Positions 51,667-61,390 of a DNA stretch of 64,000 nucleotides are shown one piece after another. Position 1 is the first letter of the stretch, and each line of letters starts with the position of its first letter. Position numbers and translations under genes: made by a program. Origin of the DNA: Dehalococcoidia bacterium (lineage in GTDB: Bacteria > Chloroflexota > Dehalococcoidia > Lucifugimonadales > UBA3495). The notes beneath the pieces were generated by a model, which was given only the letters and a program-made list of their open reading frames with translations, made no database searches and had not been told where the DNA came from. Location of the stretch: positions 136,349 to 200,348 of the forward strand of contig CBDESR010000002.1 of NCBI GenBank assembly GCA_965242615.1. The letters run 5' to 3'.

Positions 51667-52629
51667 ATGGATGTCACTGTAAAAGTCCGGCGCTTCGACC
51701 CGGAAGCCCAGCAGCCCGAAAGCTACTGGCAGGAATACGCCGTTTCCCTGCCCGACAACGCCACCGTCCTCGACGCCCTGATTCAGATTCGCGAGGAACA
51801 GGACGGCACCCTGACCCTCCGCTGCTCCTGCCGCAGCGCCATCTGCGGCTCCTGCGCCATGCGGATTAACGGCCACGCCGGCCTCGCCTGCAAAACCCCC
51901 CTTTCCCGCGTCCTCGCCGACGACGATTCCGTAGTCGTCGAGCCGTCCGGCGTTATGCCGGTGGTCAAAGACCTCACCGTCAACTTCGACCCCTTCTGGC
52001 AGAAAATCCGCGCCGTTGAACCCTATCTCCAGCCCCAAGGCCCCGAACCCGAAGGGGAATACATCGCCTCCAACGAATCGATGCTCCATCTCTCCGGCGT
52101 TACCGCCTGCATTATGTGCGGCGCTTGCGTCTCCGACTGCACCGTCCTGGAAGTTGACCCCACCTTCCTGGGCCCGGCGGCCCTGGCCAAAGCCTACCGT
52201 TTCACCGCCGACCCCCGGGACGGCGACGCAAACGGCGTATCCCAGGAACGGCTGCGGCAATTGAGCGAAGCCACCGGCATTTGGGACTGTACCCGCTGCA
52301 ACGAATGCGTCCAGGCTTGCCCCAAGGGCGTTGCCCCTATGGACCGCATTATGGCTTTGCGCGAGCAAGCCGTGAACGCCGGTTTTACCAACAACAACGG
52401 CGCGCGCCACACCACCGCTTTTACCGACTCCGTAGGCCACAGCGGCCGCCTCGACGAACTGCGCTTGCCCATCAAATCCGTTGGCGGCATCACCAACATT
52501 GGCGCAATGCTCAGCTACGCCCCAGTCGGCTGGCGCGCCTTCACCCACGGCAAAATGCCGCCCCTCTTTCACAAAAATATCGAAAATGTGGAAAATGTCC
52601 GCCGCCTTTTCCATAAACTGGAAGGCTAG
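51667..52629 (+). CDS. sdhB: Succinate dehydrogenase / fumarate reductase iron-sulfur subunit (C-terminally extended)
   Basis: CSCRSAICGSCAMRINGHAGLAC (2Fe-2S), CIMCGACVSDC and CTRCNECVQACPKG (4Fe-4S / 3Fe-4S). About 70 extra C-terminal residues. Confidence 0.9.
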   Translation: MDVTVKVRRFDPEAQQPESYWQEYAVSLPDNATVLDALIQIREEQDGTLTLRCSCRSAICGSCAMRINGHAGLACKTPLSRVLADDDSVVVEPSGVMPVVKDLTVNFDPFWQKIRAVEPYLQPQGPEPEGEYIASNESMLHLSGVTACIMCGACVSDCTVLEVDPTFLGPAALAKAYRFTADPRDGDANGVSQERLRQLSEATGIWDCTRCNECVQACPKGVAPMDRIMALREQAVNAGFTNNNGARHTTAFTDSVGHSGRLDELRLPIKSVGGITNIGAMLSYAPVGWRAFTHGKMPPLFHKNIENVENVRRLFHKLEG

Positions 52630-52677
52630 GCCCTTTCCCGTCCCCCCCATAACCCGCCATCATCCTGGAGGATTAGC

Positions 52678-53562
52678 TTGAAGTACGCTTTCTTTCCCGG
52701 CTGTGTATCCCAGGGCGCGGCCCCGGAACTCTACCCGGCGGCCCGCCTCATCTGCCAGAAGTTGGGCATCGAACTCGATGAGATCCCTGCCTGGACTTGC
52801 ACCGGCGCCGGCGTCTTGCAAGAGAAAAATCAGCTCTTTGGCGATGTCCTGAACGCCCGCAACTTCGCCAAAGCCGAGCAAATGGGCTTGCCCATCCTCA
52901 CCATTTGCAGTACCTGCCAGGGCGTAATGGGCCAAGCCAACCTCCGGATGCGCCGCGACCCGGAGTACCTGGCGCAAATCAACTCCCACTTGGCCGAGGA
53001 GGGCTTGGAATATAAAGGCACCGCCGAACCCAAACATCTCCTCTGGATCCTTATCGAGGATGTCGGTCTGGACAAACTCCTCGCCCTGGTTACCCGTCCC
53101 CTCAACGGCATACGGATGGCCCCCTTCTACGGCTGCTACATCGTCCGCCCCACCGAAGCCCTTGACATTGCGGAACACCCGGAACGGCAAACCTCTCTGG
53201 AAACCCTGATCGCCACTTTGGGCGCAACGGTAGTGGACTTTGCCGGCAAAACCCGCTGCTGCGGCTTTCCCATTCTGACCATCAACGAAAAGAACTCGAT
53301 GGCTATGGTCGGCAAGCACACTTCCGAAGCCAAAGACCTGGGCGCGGACGCTATGGTAACGCCCTGCCCCCTGTGCCACCTCAACCTCGACGGCTACCAA
53401 CCCAAAGCCGCCGCCCAACTCCGCCGCAAAGTTGACCTGCCCATCCTCCACCTGCCCCAGCTAATCGGCTTGGCAATGGGCATCTCCCCCCGCGAACTGG
53501 GCTTGCAAAAGCACATTATGAACACCCAGCCTCTGACCGTGAAAGTCGGGGCCGCCGGCTAG
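52678..53562 (+). CDS. HdrB-like CCG-domain subunit (SdhE / type-E succinate:quinone oxidoreductase or thiol:fumarate reductase-type)
   Basis: 294 aa with a TTG start. Begins [10 protein letters not shown]. Two Cys-rich CCG-type modules (...CSTCQG..., ...KTRCCGFP..., ...[11 protein letters not shown]). Immediately follows sdhAB. No heme b membrane-anchor genes are present. Confidence 0.8.
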   Translation: MKYAFFPGCVSQGAAPELYPAARLICQKLGIELDEIPAWTCTGAGVLQEKNQLFGDVLNARNFAKAEQMGLPILTICSTCQGVMGQANLRMRRDPEYLAQINSHLAEEGLEYKGTAEPKHLLWILIEDVGLDKLLALVTRPLNGIRMAPFYGCYIVRPTEALDIAEHPERQTSLETLIATLGATVVDFAGKTRCCGFPILTINEKNSMAMVGKHTSEAKDLGADAMVTPCPLCHLNLDGYQPKAAAQLRRKVDLPILHLPQLIGLAMGISPRELGLQKHIMNTQPLTVKVGAAG

Positions 53563-53594
53563 AACCGCCATCCCGACCGAAAACCGGAGCGTCA

Positions 53595-54347
53595 ATGCAA
53601 GAAACCCCTACCATACCGGCAATGCCCGAAAACTGGCAGAAAGCCTTGGCTATCGTCGCCCACCCCGACGACCTGGAGTACGGCGGCGCCAGTGCCGTAG
53701 CCAAGTGGACTGCCCAAGGCAAAGAGGTCATCTACTTGATGGTCTCCAGCGGCGAAGCCGGCATTGACGCTATGCCCCCGTCCCAAGTCGGCCCGTTGCG
53801 CGCTCAAGAGGAAATCAACGCCGCCGCCGTAGTCGGCGTCAGTACCGTCGATTTCCTGAACTACCCCGACGGCATCATCGAGTACGGGTTGCTCTTGCGC
53901 CGGGATTTAAGCCGCGCCATCCGCCGCCATCGGCCCGAAGTTCTTATCACCCTGAACTACCACTTGAAGTTTGTCTCCGGCCACTTGAATATGGCTGACC
54001 ACCGCAGCGTAGGCTTGGCAACCCTTGACGCCGCCCGGGATGCCGGCAATCGCTGGATTTTCCCCGAACTGCTCGACGAAGGCTTGTCCCCGTGGCCCGG
54101 CGTCCGTTTTGCCGCCGTCTTGGGCGTAGGCCCGGCCGCCGCCAGCCATGGCATCGATGTCAGCGGCTATTGGGAGCTAGGGATGGACTCCCTGCGCCAA
54201 CATCAAGCCTACCTCGACAACCTCGGCCCGGCCGCCGCCAACACCTTCCAAAATCTTACCAACCACGCCCTCCAATCCGGGCAAACCTTCGGCTGCCACT
54301 ACGCCCTGTTAGTCGAGCTGATACTGATTAACGAACCCCGCAGTTAG
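53595..54347 (+). CDS. PIG-L family deacetylase (LmbE-like)
   Basis: 250 aa. ALAIVAHPDDLEYGGASAVAKW is the AHPDD motif, plus a downstream HxDH-type motif (MADHRSVG). Confidence 0.85.
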   Translation: MQETPTIPAMPENWQKALAIVAHPDDLEYGGASAVAKWTAQGKEVIYLMVSSGEAGIDAMPPSQVGPLRAQEEINAAAVVGVSTVDFLNYPDGIIEYGLLLRRDLSRAIRRHRPEVLITLNYHLKFVSGHLNMADHRSVGLATLDAARDAGNRWIFPELLDEGLSPWPGVRFAAVLGVGPAAASHGIDVSGYWELGMDSLRQHQAYLDNLGPAAANTFQNLTNHALQSGQTFGCHYALLVELILINEPRS

Positions 54348-54501
54348 CCGGTTAGCAAAAAGCCGGGGCGGCCTTGCGGGACCCGTGGCAGCCGTTGGTG
54401 GTTTTGGCTAAAATGCGGGACCGCTTGACGCGGGATTTGCCGGCGGATTCTTTGCAAGGGCTGGTTGGGACGGCGCATCGGTAAGCCGGCGGTGGAAAGT
54501 A

Positions 54502-54537
54502 AAAAGCCCCGCCCTCGTTAGCGAGGGCGGGGCTTTT
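54502..54537. terminator. Strong bidirectional intrinsic terminator
   Basis: AAAAGCCCCGCCCTCG-TTAG-CGAGGGCGGGGCTTTT is a perfect GC-rich stem flanked by an A-run and a T-run. Lies between the convergent PIG-L gene and the lipoprotein gene. Confidence 0.85.
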
Positions 54538-54545
54538 GTTGCCGG

Positions 54546-55343
54546 TTACCAGTAATGCCCGTAGTTACCGTTAGCCAAGCTGTCAAACAGCTTCTTCACA
54601 ATCGCTTCCCGGTCCGGGCTCCGGTTGTAGGCGCAGATGTCGAGTCGGATAAAATAGTAGAAGGGACCTATCCGCTTGCTCATGCCGTATCCCTCTACTT
54701 CCTCACCAGTCACGCCGTACCGGAACTCTGCGCGGTGGTCCTGTATGGTTGGCAAGTTTCCGGGATTTGCACCCGATAATCGCAGAGGTCGTAGTGGTTT
54801 CGGTTCCTCTATCCACTGTCGGACTAGACGATAGTTCGGTACAGCGTCCCCATCGTCCTCGATGGCCAACAGGTTTTCTTGGGTGAACTCTTCCCAAGTC
54901 AGACCCAGCGTCTCGCTAACTGTCCTCTCGTAATAGCCGTAAAAAATCAACGCCGCCGACCATTGATTGTCCCCAGCCCCAACGGACGGCAGGCTATAAA
55001 CCGAAAACCCTTCGGATTCGTATTGATTTTCCCACTGGTCTGACGGCAACTGGATTGTAGCCCAGTGGATTGGTGCTAAGTCCACTCGGTGGTTCTCCGG
55101 CCACGGCTGATATTCTGTCCACTCGTCTCTCTCGAAAAGGGATGGAGTGTCTGCGCTACAGTATAAATCGCCGGATGATTCTACAGGTTCCGCTACGGCA
55201 GTTTCCCCCGCAGGGGTTACCTCAGACGTTACGGCAACCGTCGTGGCCGCAGGCTCCGGCGTAGCCGGGGCTACGCTACTGCTACAGGCCATAATCAGCA
55301 CCGCCAGTAGCAAGAGCAGGATAATCCGAATGCCAGTCAACAA
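54546..55343 (-). CDS. Hypothetical lipoprotein
   Basis: 265 aa. Signal/lipobox MLTGIRIILLLLLAVLIMAC|SSS, then a Thr/Pro/Ala linker and a Trp/Tyr/Glu-rich body with no recognisable domain. Visibly more A/T-rich than its neighbours (by eye). Confidence 0.65.
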   Translation of the reverse strand: MLTGIRIILLLLLAVLIMACSSSVAPATPEPAATTVAVTSEVTPAGETAVAEPVESSGDLYCSADTPSLFERDEWTEYQPWPENHRVDLAPIHWATIQLPSDQWENQYESEGFSVYSLPSVGAGDNQWSAALIFYGYYERTVSETLGLTWEEFTQENLLAIEDDGDAVPNYRLVRQWIEEPKPLRPLRLSGANPGNLPTIQDHRAEFRYGVTGEEVEGYGMSKRIGPFYYFIRLDICAYNRSPDREAIVKKLFDSLANGNYGHYW

Positions 55344-55370
55344 AGCAAACCTCCTGATGACTTTCCCCCG

Positions 55371-56675
55371 CTAACCGTCGCGAAGCGTCGGTGCCACTTC
55401 CCGAAAAGCGTTAAGCGTCTGCTCCACATCCCCATCCGTATGCGCCAGCGACGGGTAAAACTTCTGCGGCCAGCCCTTCAGTACGCCCCGTTCCAGCATC
55501 CCCGTATTGAACCGGGCCAGCATTGCCGCATCCGCCGCCAAGCCGTCCCGGTAATTCCGCACCGGCTGGTCGGTAAAGTAAATGTCAAAAATGGCATCCT
55601 CCCCGCTGCTCTGCACTTCCAGCCCATACTCCGAGCCAATATCCACCAACCCCTGCCGCACCCGGCCGCCAACGCTGCGGATGTGGTCATAAGCCCCTTC
55701 CCGCCGCAACTCCGCCAAAGTCGCCAACCCGGCGGCGCAGGCGATCGGATTGCCGTTCAGCGTGCCAACCTGGTTCACATAGTCATCCGCCGCCGCGGCC
55801 GACTGGTCATAGACCGACATTAGGTCCGCCTTCCCCATTATCGCCGCCAGCGGATACCCGCCGCCCATCACCTTGCCCATCGCGCACAAGTCGGGCGTTA
55901 CCCCATAAAACTCCTGCGCCCCGCCGTAAGCCAGCCGGAAACCGGTAACCACTTCGTCGAAAATCAGCGGCAGGTCATACCGCTCGGTCAACTCCCGCAG
56001 CCCTTGCAGAAACCCCGGCCGGGGCGCGATGATGCGCTGCAACGGCTCAATAATTACCGCCGCCAACTCATCGTGATGGGCCTGGATAATCGCCGCCGTA
56101 GTTTCCAGGTCATTAAAGGGGGCAATCAGCATCAGCTCCTGAATGACGCCGGGGATGCCGCCGCCATTGGCCACCGCTTGGGGGAATTCGGCCGCCGCCG
56201 CCGGAGCCGGGGTAACACTCATCAAAGCATAGTCGCTGGTGCCGTGATACCCGCCCTCGAACTTCAGCACCTTGTCCCGCCGCCGATAAGCCCGGGCCGC
56301 CCGCATACATTGAAAGCAAGCGTCAGTGCCGCTGGTCGTAAAGCGCACCTGCTCCGCGCAAGGCACCGCCCTAACCAGTTCCTCAGCCAGTAGCACCGCC
56401 TTTTCGCTGGTGGTAAAGAAAGTGCTGCCTTGGCCCACCGCTTCGGTAACCGCGGCCACCACCGCCGGGTGCGCGTGGCCCAGCAGCATCGGCCCCGAAC
56501 CCATCAGCCAGTCCACATACTCATTCCCGCTCACATCCCAGATGTGCGACCCGCGCCCTTCCCGGGCCAGAAACTTGAGAGCCTCGGGAAAGTTGGTATT
56601 GCCGGAACTCCCCGCCGGAAAAAACCGGGCGGCCTTGTCCAGAAGTTCCATCTCCCGCAAATTGCGCTCAGCCAT
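55371..56675 (-). CDS. Class III (aspartate aminotransferase fold type I) aminotransferase, glutamate-1-semialdehyde aminomutase-like
   Basis: 434 aa. DWLMGSGPMLLGHAHPAVVAAV, FDEVVTGFRLAYGGAQEFYGVTPDLCAMGKVMGGGYPL (PLP lysine context). Confidence 0.85.
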   Translation of the reverse strand: MAERNLREMELLDKAARFFPAGSSGNTNFPEALKFLAREGRGSHIWDVSGNEYVDWLMGSGPMLLGHAHPAVVAAVTEAVGQGSTFFTTSEKAVLLAEELVRAVPCAEQVRFTTSGTDACFQCMRAARAYRRRDKVLKFEGGYHGTSDYALMSVTPAPAAAAEFPQAVANGGGIPGVIQELMLIAPFNDLETTAAIIQAHHDELAAVIIEPLQRIIAPRPGFLQGLRELTERYDLPLIFDEVVTGFRLAYGGAQEFYGVTPDLCAMGKVMGGGYPLAAIMGKADLMSVYDQSAAAADDYVNQVGTLNGNPIACAAGLATLAELRREGAYDHIRSVGGRVRQGLVDIGSEYGLEVQSSGEDAIFDIYFTDQPVRNYRDGLAADAAMLARFNTGMLERGVLKGWPQKFYPSLAHTDGDVEQTLNAFREVAPTLRDG

Positions 56676-56701
56676 AGTTCAGCCCTCCCCCCTTGCGAAA
56701 A

Positions 56702-57115
56702 TTAGAGGCCATCCTCTACCAGCACCACCGGGTCGCCAATTTTGACGAAACTCTTGGTCTCGTCCATAGGCTCCAGATAAAGCCCGCCATCCGGCCTTAA
56801 AGTGCGAATCCGGGTAACTTCCCTGCTCCGACCAAAAAGGTAGGAAAAATCCGGTATCCCGCCACCGCCTACGGTTACCTTGTAAGTCTCATAGGTGCTA
56901 CCCACCGAATATTTGGGATTAACCTCAAGTATCCGCACCCGGACTTTTTCCCGCTCGAAAGTACCCAAGGTCTCTCCCGTGTCCGGGTCGAGAATCTGAC
57001 GGCTGGGTTCCACGACCTTGAACTTCATCCCTTCGGCCACCCCAGCCTCAGAACCCAAGTTCACCACTAGTTCCCGCTCGTTGAGGATGGCCGCAACTTT
57101 GCCTTCCAGCGTCAT
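56702..57115 (-). CDS. Hypothetical soluble beta-rich protein (137 aa), translationally coupled to the upstream membrane protein
   Basis: ORF 56702..57166. I prefer ATG 57115 (SD GGAGAGGG), 1 nt after the upstream TAG (57119-57117). MTLEGKVAAILNERELVVNLGSEAGVAEGMKFKVVEP... No domain recognised. Confidence 0.55.
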   Translation of the reverse strand: MTLEGKVAAILNERELVVNLGSEAGVAEGMKFKVVEPSRQILDPDTGETLGTFEREKVRVRILEVNPKYSVGSTYETYKVTVGGGGIPDFSYLFGRSREVTRIRTLRPDGGLYLEPMDETKSFVKIGDPVVLVEDGL

Positions 57116-57116
57116 A

Positions 57117-57725
57117 CTACCCTCTCCAATGCAGAGTAACCTTCTCCGCAAAATCCCAAAAGCCATCAGGAATCTCTCGGGAAAATACTACTCCTTGGGG
57201 CGGAGAAAAATCCCTTCGCTTCCGGCCTTCCAGTGCCTCCCAAAACTCTAGTCGATCCATACGGTCGGCAACCAGACACAAGCACGATGCCTCTCTTACT
57301 TCCACCGGTTCGACAACACCCAGGACTTCCCCCGTGGCCGCATTAGACGCCAGAATTCTCTGACCGCTCAATGTGCCGCCAGCCGCGCCCAAGGGTAATT
57401 TGATGACCACGCTTCCCTCTTGCTCACCAATGCTATGGGCTTGCACCGGCTTGGAATAGGCTATAATCGCCCGCCTCAACGTAAACAGTGTAACCCGGGA
57501 CAAGCTCTTACGCCATAGCCGGCTCAAACCCCAGCCCGCCATCATCAGAATCGCCGTGGCCCCTCCCGCCGACACCACGGCCAACACCCCATTAACCGCC
57601 AAGAGCGTGGGCGACAGAGCCGGCAAATCCAGCCGCGCCCCGAATAGAAACAAAGCAACCGTCAAACAGACCGGAAACAGGACGATTGCCCGTTTCCAAG
57701 CTATGGCTTTCAGCGCCGCCGACAA
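57117..57725 (-). CDS. Hypothetical membrane protein (2 predicted TM helices plus a cytoplasmic/extracytoplasmic beta-rich domain)
   Basis: 202 aa with a TTG start, 5 nt after the mdh stop. Hydrophobic segments AIVLFPVCLTVALFLFG and TLLAVNGVLAVVSAGGATAILMMAGWGL. No domain recognised. Confidence 0.5.
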   Translation of the reverse strand: MSAALKAIAWKRAIVLFPVCLTVALFLFGARLDLPALSPTLLAVNGVLAVVSAGGATAILMMAGWGLSRLWRKSLSRVTLFTLRRAIIAYSKPVQAHSIGEQEGSVVIKLPLGAAGGTLSGQRILASNAATGEVLGVVEPVEVREASCLCLVADRMDRLEFWEALEGRKRRDFSPPQGVVFSREIPDGFWDFAEKVTLHWRG

Positions 57726-57730
57726 CTTTC

Positions 57731-58678
57731 CTACCCGGCCCCCTCCCCTTTAGCCCTCCGCATCACCTCCACCAATTCCTGCACGCTGGCCGCCGAACTG
57801 TTCAATGCCGCCTGTTCCTGCGGCGTCAGCTTTATCTCAATTACCTGCTCCATACCGCCGGCCCCCACCTTCACCGGCACCCCCACACACAAGCCGTTGA
57901 TACCAAACTCCCCTTCCAGATAAGCGCAGCCCGGCAAAATGCGCTTCTTGTCCAGCAAAATGGCTTCCACCATTTGAGCAATCGACGCCGACGGAGCGTA
58001 GTAGGCGCTCCCCGCCTTCAGTAAAGCCACAATTTCCCCGCCGCCCTGCCGGGTGCGCTGCACCAAAGCATCCACCCGTTCCTCCGGCAGCAACTCGCTG
58101 ATGGGAATGCCGCCGACAGTGGTATAGCGCACCAACGGCACCATATCATCCCCGTGACCGCCCAGCACATACGCCTGCACATCCTCCACCGAAACCTCCA
58201 GTTCCTGGGCAATGAAAGTGCGGAATCGGGCCGTATCCAGAACCCCGGCCATCCCCAACACCCGATTACGCGGAAAGCCGCTGGCCTCAAAGATATTCTG
58301 GCACATCGCATCCAGCGGATTAGTCACCGCCAGAATGACGCAGTTCGGCGAATACTTGACCACCTGCTCCGTTACCGCCGTGGTGATGTTCATATTGGTA
58401 ATCAGCAGGTCATCCCGGCTCATCCCCGGTCGGCGGGCAATGCCGGCCGTGATTACCACCACATCAGACCCGGCGGTGGCTTCGTAGTCATTGCTGCCCA
58501 CCACCTGGGCATCCGAACCGATAACCGGCCCCGACTCCAGCATATCCAACGCCTTGCCCTGCGGCAGATCCTCCACCACATCCACCAGCGTCGTATCGGC
58601 ATAGCCCAACTGGTGAATGCGCTGCACGGTAGTAGCGCCCACATTCCCGGCGCCCACTACGGTCACTTTACTACGCAT
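57731..58678 (-). CDS. mdh: Malate dehydrogenase (LDH-like family)
   Basis: ORF 57731..58729. I prefer ATG 58678 ([17 protein letters not shown]...) after SD GAGAGGAG. ...[17 protein letters not shown]...GGHGD... are typical. Confidence 0.92.
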   Translation of the reverse strand: MRSKVTVVGAGNVGATTVQRIHQLGYADTTLVDVVEDLPQGKALDMLESGPVIGSDAQVVGSNDYEATAGSDVVVITAGIARRPGMSRDDLLITNMNITTAVTEQVVKYSPNCVILAVTNPLDAMCQNIFEASGFPRNRVLGMAGVLDTARFRTFIAQELEVSVEDVQAYVLGGHGDDMVPLVRYTTVGGIPISELLPEERVDALVQRTRQGGGEIVALLKAGSAYYAPSASIAQMVEAILLDKKRILPGCAYLEGEFGINGLCVGVPVKVGAGGMEQVIEIKLTPQEQAALNSSAASVQELVEVMRRAKGEGAG

Positions 58679-58880
58679 CTGGTTAGCGCTCCTCTCTTTA
58701 TTTCCTCGGTTTGGCAACCCACCGGACAAGCGCGAACAAGCCTTGGCGGTACCCCTTAGCTCCGACCGGTAAAACCGGCACTGCTACCGCGGCTTGCGGA
58801 GATGGATTTCCTCCCCCAAGCAATCTAGCCCCGATAAGCCGCCCGGCTGAGGCGCAGCCTTAAGCCGGCCGGTGGGTTTG

Positions 58881-61109
58881 CTACATTGCATCCACAATCG
58901 CGTTCAGGGTGGCGCTGGGCCGCATCGCCTTGGCTGCCAGCCCGTTGTCCGGCCGGTAATAGCCCCCGATGTCCACCGCCTGACCCTGCGCCTCGTTCAG
59001 TTCCTGGACAATCTGGGACTCCTTTTCCGTCAACTGACGCGCCACCTCAGTAAAACGGGCTTGCAGCTCCGCATCCTTATCCTGCTTCGCCAGCATTTGT
59101 GCCCAATACAGCGCCAGGTAGAAATGGCTGCTCCGGGTATCCAGCTCATTCACCCGCCGGGAAGGCGCCCGGCGGTACTCCAGGTGTTCGCCAATGGCTT
59201 GGTCCAAGGTCTCCGCCAGCAACTTGGCCCGTTCGCTGTTGAACGCCTCGCCAAAATGCTCAAAGGAGGCCACCAGAGCGCAGAATTCGCCCAGCGAATC
59301 CCAGCGCAGATGTCCCTCCTCCAGAAACTGCTGCACGTGCCGCGGCGCCGACCCGCCGGCGCCGGTCTCGAACAACCCGCCGCCATTAAGCAGCGGCACC
59401 ACCGAAAGCATCTTGGCGCTGGTACCCAACTCCAGGATGGGGAAAAGGTCGGTCAAATAATCCCGCAGGACATTGCCCGTAACCGCAATGGTATCCTGCC
59501 CGGCCCGGCTCCGCTCCATCGTAGCTTTGATGGCAGCGACCGGAGCCATTACGCTGATGTCCAAGCCGGTCGTATCATACTGGGGCAGGTATTGTTCAAC
59601 CTTCTTGAGCAACTCCGCATCGTGCGCCCGGTTCGCGTCCAGCCAGAAAATCGCCGCCTGGCCGGTGAGCCGGGCCCGCGCGACTCCCAACCTGACCCAG
59701 TCCTGAATCGGCGCATCCTTGGTCTGACACATCCGGAAAATGTCCCCTTCCTCAACCCCCTGCTCCATCAGCACGGTTCCCGTAGCGTCAACTACCCGAA
59801 TAGCCCCATTGCCCGGTGCCTCAAAAGTCTTGTCGTGGGAACCGTACTCCTCCGCCGCCTGCGCCATCAGCCCCACATTGGCAACGCTGCCAATAGTAGC
59901 CGGGTCAAAAGCCCCGTTCTCTTTGCAATCCTCAATTACCGCTTGGTACAAGGTGGCGTAAGAGCGGTCGGGAATCATCGCAATCGTGTCGTGCAGCTCG
60001 TTATCCGGCCCCCACGAGCGGCCGCCATCCCGGATAATCACCGGCATCGAGGCGTCAATAATCGTATCGCTCGGCACGTGCAGGTTAGTAATTCCCCGCG
60101 CCGAATTCACCATCGACAACGCCGGGCGACTAGCGTACACCCCCCGGATGTCCGCCTCGATTTCCGCCCGCTTCTCCTCCGGCAGAGCCTGGATTTTCGT
60201 CAGCAGTTCCGCAACCCCGTTATCCGGATCCACCGCCAGTTGCGCCAGTTCCGCCCGGTGCTTCTCAAACACTTCCTGGTAATAGACCGCAACGCAATGG
60301 CCGAAAATTATCGGGTCCGACACCCGCATCATCGTAGTTTTCAAGTGCAGCGAGAGCAGCACATCCTCAGCCTTGGCCTGCGCCATTTCCTCAGCATAAA
60401 ACTGGCGCAACGCCCGGACATTCATCACGGCGCAGTCGATAATTTCCCCGGCTTGCAGCGGGATGCCGGCCTTCAGCTCCGTAACCGTCCCGTCGCCCGC
60501 CACAAACTCGATGGCCGCTGACCCGGCTTCCCCGGTAGTGACCGCTTGCTCGCTGCCAAAGAAATCCTGCCCGGTCATGTGTCCCACCCGCGTTTTAGAC
60601 ACCTCCGGCCAATCCCGCATCATCCGATGCGGATTCCGTTTGCCATGCTCCTTCACCGCCGTCGAGGAGCGGCGGTCCGAGTTCCCTTCCCGTATCACCG
60701 GATTGACCGCGCTGCCCAGCACCCGGGAATAGCGCGCTTGGACTTGCCGCTCGGCCTCCGTCGCCGGTTCATCCGGGTAGTCCGGAACAGCGTAGCCCTT
60801 GCCCTGCAACTCCGCGATGGCCGCTTTCAGCTGCGGAATCGACGCGCTGATATTGGGCAGCTTGACCAGGTTCGCCGACGGCTCCAGGCACAACTCCCCA
60901 CACATCCGCAGATAATCGGGGATTTTCTGCTCCTCCGTCAGATTGTCCGGGAAGTTGGCTAGCACCCGCCCGGACAACGAAATGTCCCAAGTCTCCAGCT
61001 CAATCCCCGAACCCCGGGTAAAAGCCTGGAGAATGGGCAACAGGGAGTGCGTGGCCAAAGCCGGCGCCTCATCCGTCTCGGTATAAATAATCTTGGCTGC
61101 TTCTGGCAT
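58881..61109 (-). CDS. icd: Isocitrate dehydrogenase, NADP-dependent, monomeric type
   Basis: ORF 58881..61127. I prefer ATG 61109 (SD GGAGA). About 742 aa. The N-terminus [25 protein letters not shown] and the length are characteristic of monomeric IDH. Confidence 0.92.
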   Translation of the reverse strand: MPEAAKIIYTETDEAPALATHSLLPILQAFTRGSGIELETWDISLSGRVLANFPDNLTEEQKIPDYLRMCGELCLEPSANLVKLPNISASIPQLKAAIAELQGKGYAVPDYPDEPATEAERQVQARYSRVLGSAVNPVIREGNSDRRSSTAVKEHGKRNPHRMMRDWPEVSKTRVGHMTGQDFFGSEQAVTTGEAGSAAIEFVAGDGTVTELKAGIPLQAGEIIDCAVMNVRALRQFYAEEMAQAKAEDVLLSLHLKTTMMRVSDPIIFGHCVAVYYQEVFEKHRAELAQLAVDPDNGVAELLTKIQALPEEKRAEIEADIRGVYASRPALSMVNSARGITNLHVPSDTIIDASMPVIIRDGGRSWGPDNELHDTIAMIPDRSYATLYQAVIEDCKENGAFDPATIGSVANVGLMAQAAEEYGSHDKTFEAPGNGAIRVVDATGTVLMEQGVEEGDIFRMCQTKDAPIQDWVRLGVARARLTGQAAIFWLDANRAHDAELLKKVEQYLPQYDTTGLDISVMAPVAAIKATMERSRAGQDTIAVTGNVLRDYLTDLFPILELGTSAKMLSVVPLLNGGGLFETGAGGSAPRHVQQFLEEGHLRWDSLGEFCALVASFEHFGEAFNSERAKLLAETLDQAIGEHLEYRRAPSRRVNELDTRSSHFYLALYWAQMLAKQDKDAELQARFTEVARQLTEKESQIVQELNEAQGQAVDIGGYYRPDNGLAAKAMRPSATLNAIVDAM

Positions 61110-61143
61110 ACTAAATCTCCTGAGCAAAGCGGAAAGTCGCTTG

Positions 61144-61149
61144 ATTATA
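61144..61149 (-). promoter_or_regulatory. Candidate -10 box of the icd promoter
   Basis: The minus strand reads TATAAT about 35 nt upstream of the icd ATG. There is no convincing -35. Confidence 0.3.
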
Positions 61150-61249
61150 CAATGAAAACCGCCCGCTGGGTAGTGCCGTCAGCGAAATCAGCGTTGAACC
61201 AACTTTGCGCGTCTGGACGGAAAATTAAAAGACCCCGCCCAGTGCCACC

Positions 61250-61390
61250 GGCACTGTTTCAGAAAGTGTTGGTTGGGAAAATATGCCTTAAAATGAGCAA
61301 ATTTCCGCCGTCTCACGTATCTGCCTGACTCGGAATTGAGGCCGTAAAAATGCCGTCCGAACCAGTGCCAACACTTTCTGAAACAGTGCC
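61250..61390. mobile_element. 141-bp MITE with perfect 23-bp terminal inverted repeats, flanked by a 9-bp target-site duplication
   Basis: GGCACTGTTTCAGAAAGTGTTGG (61250-61272) and its exact reverse complement CCAACACTTTCTGAAACAGTGCC (61368-61390). AGTGCCACC occurs at 61241-61249 and again at 61391-61399. The TIR matches the left end of the IS at 7431 in 22 of 23 positions. No ORF inside. Confidence 0.85.
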
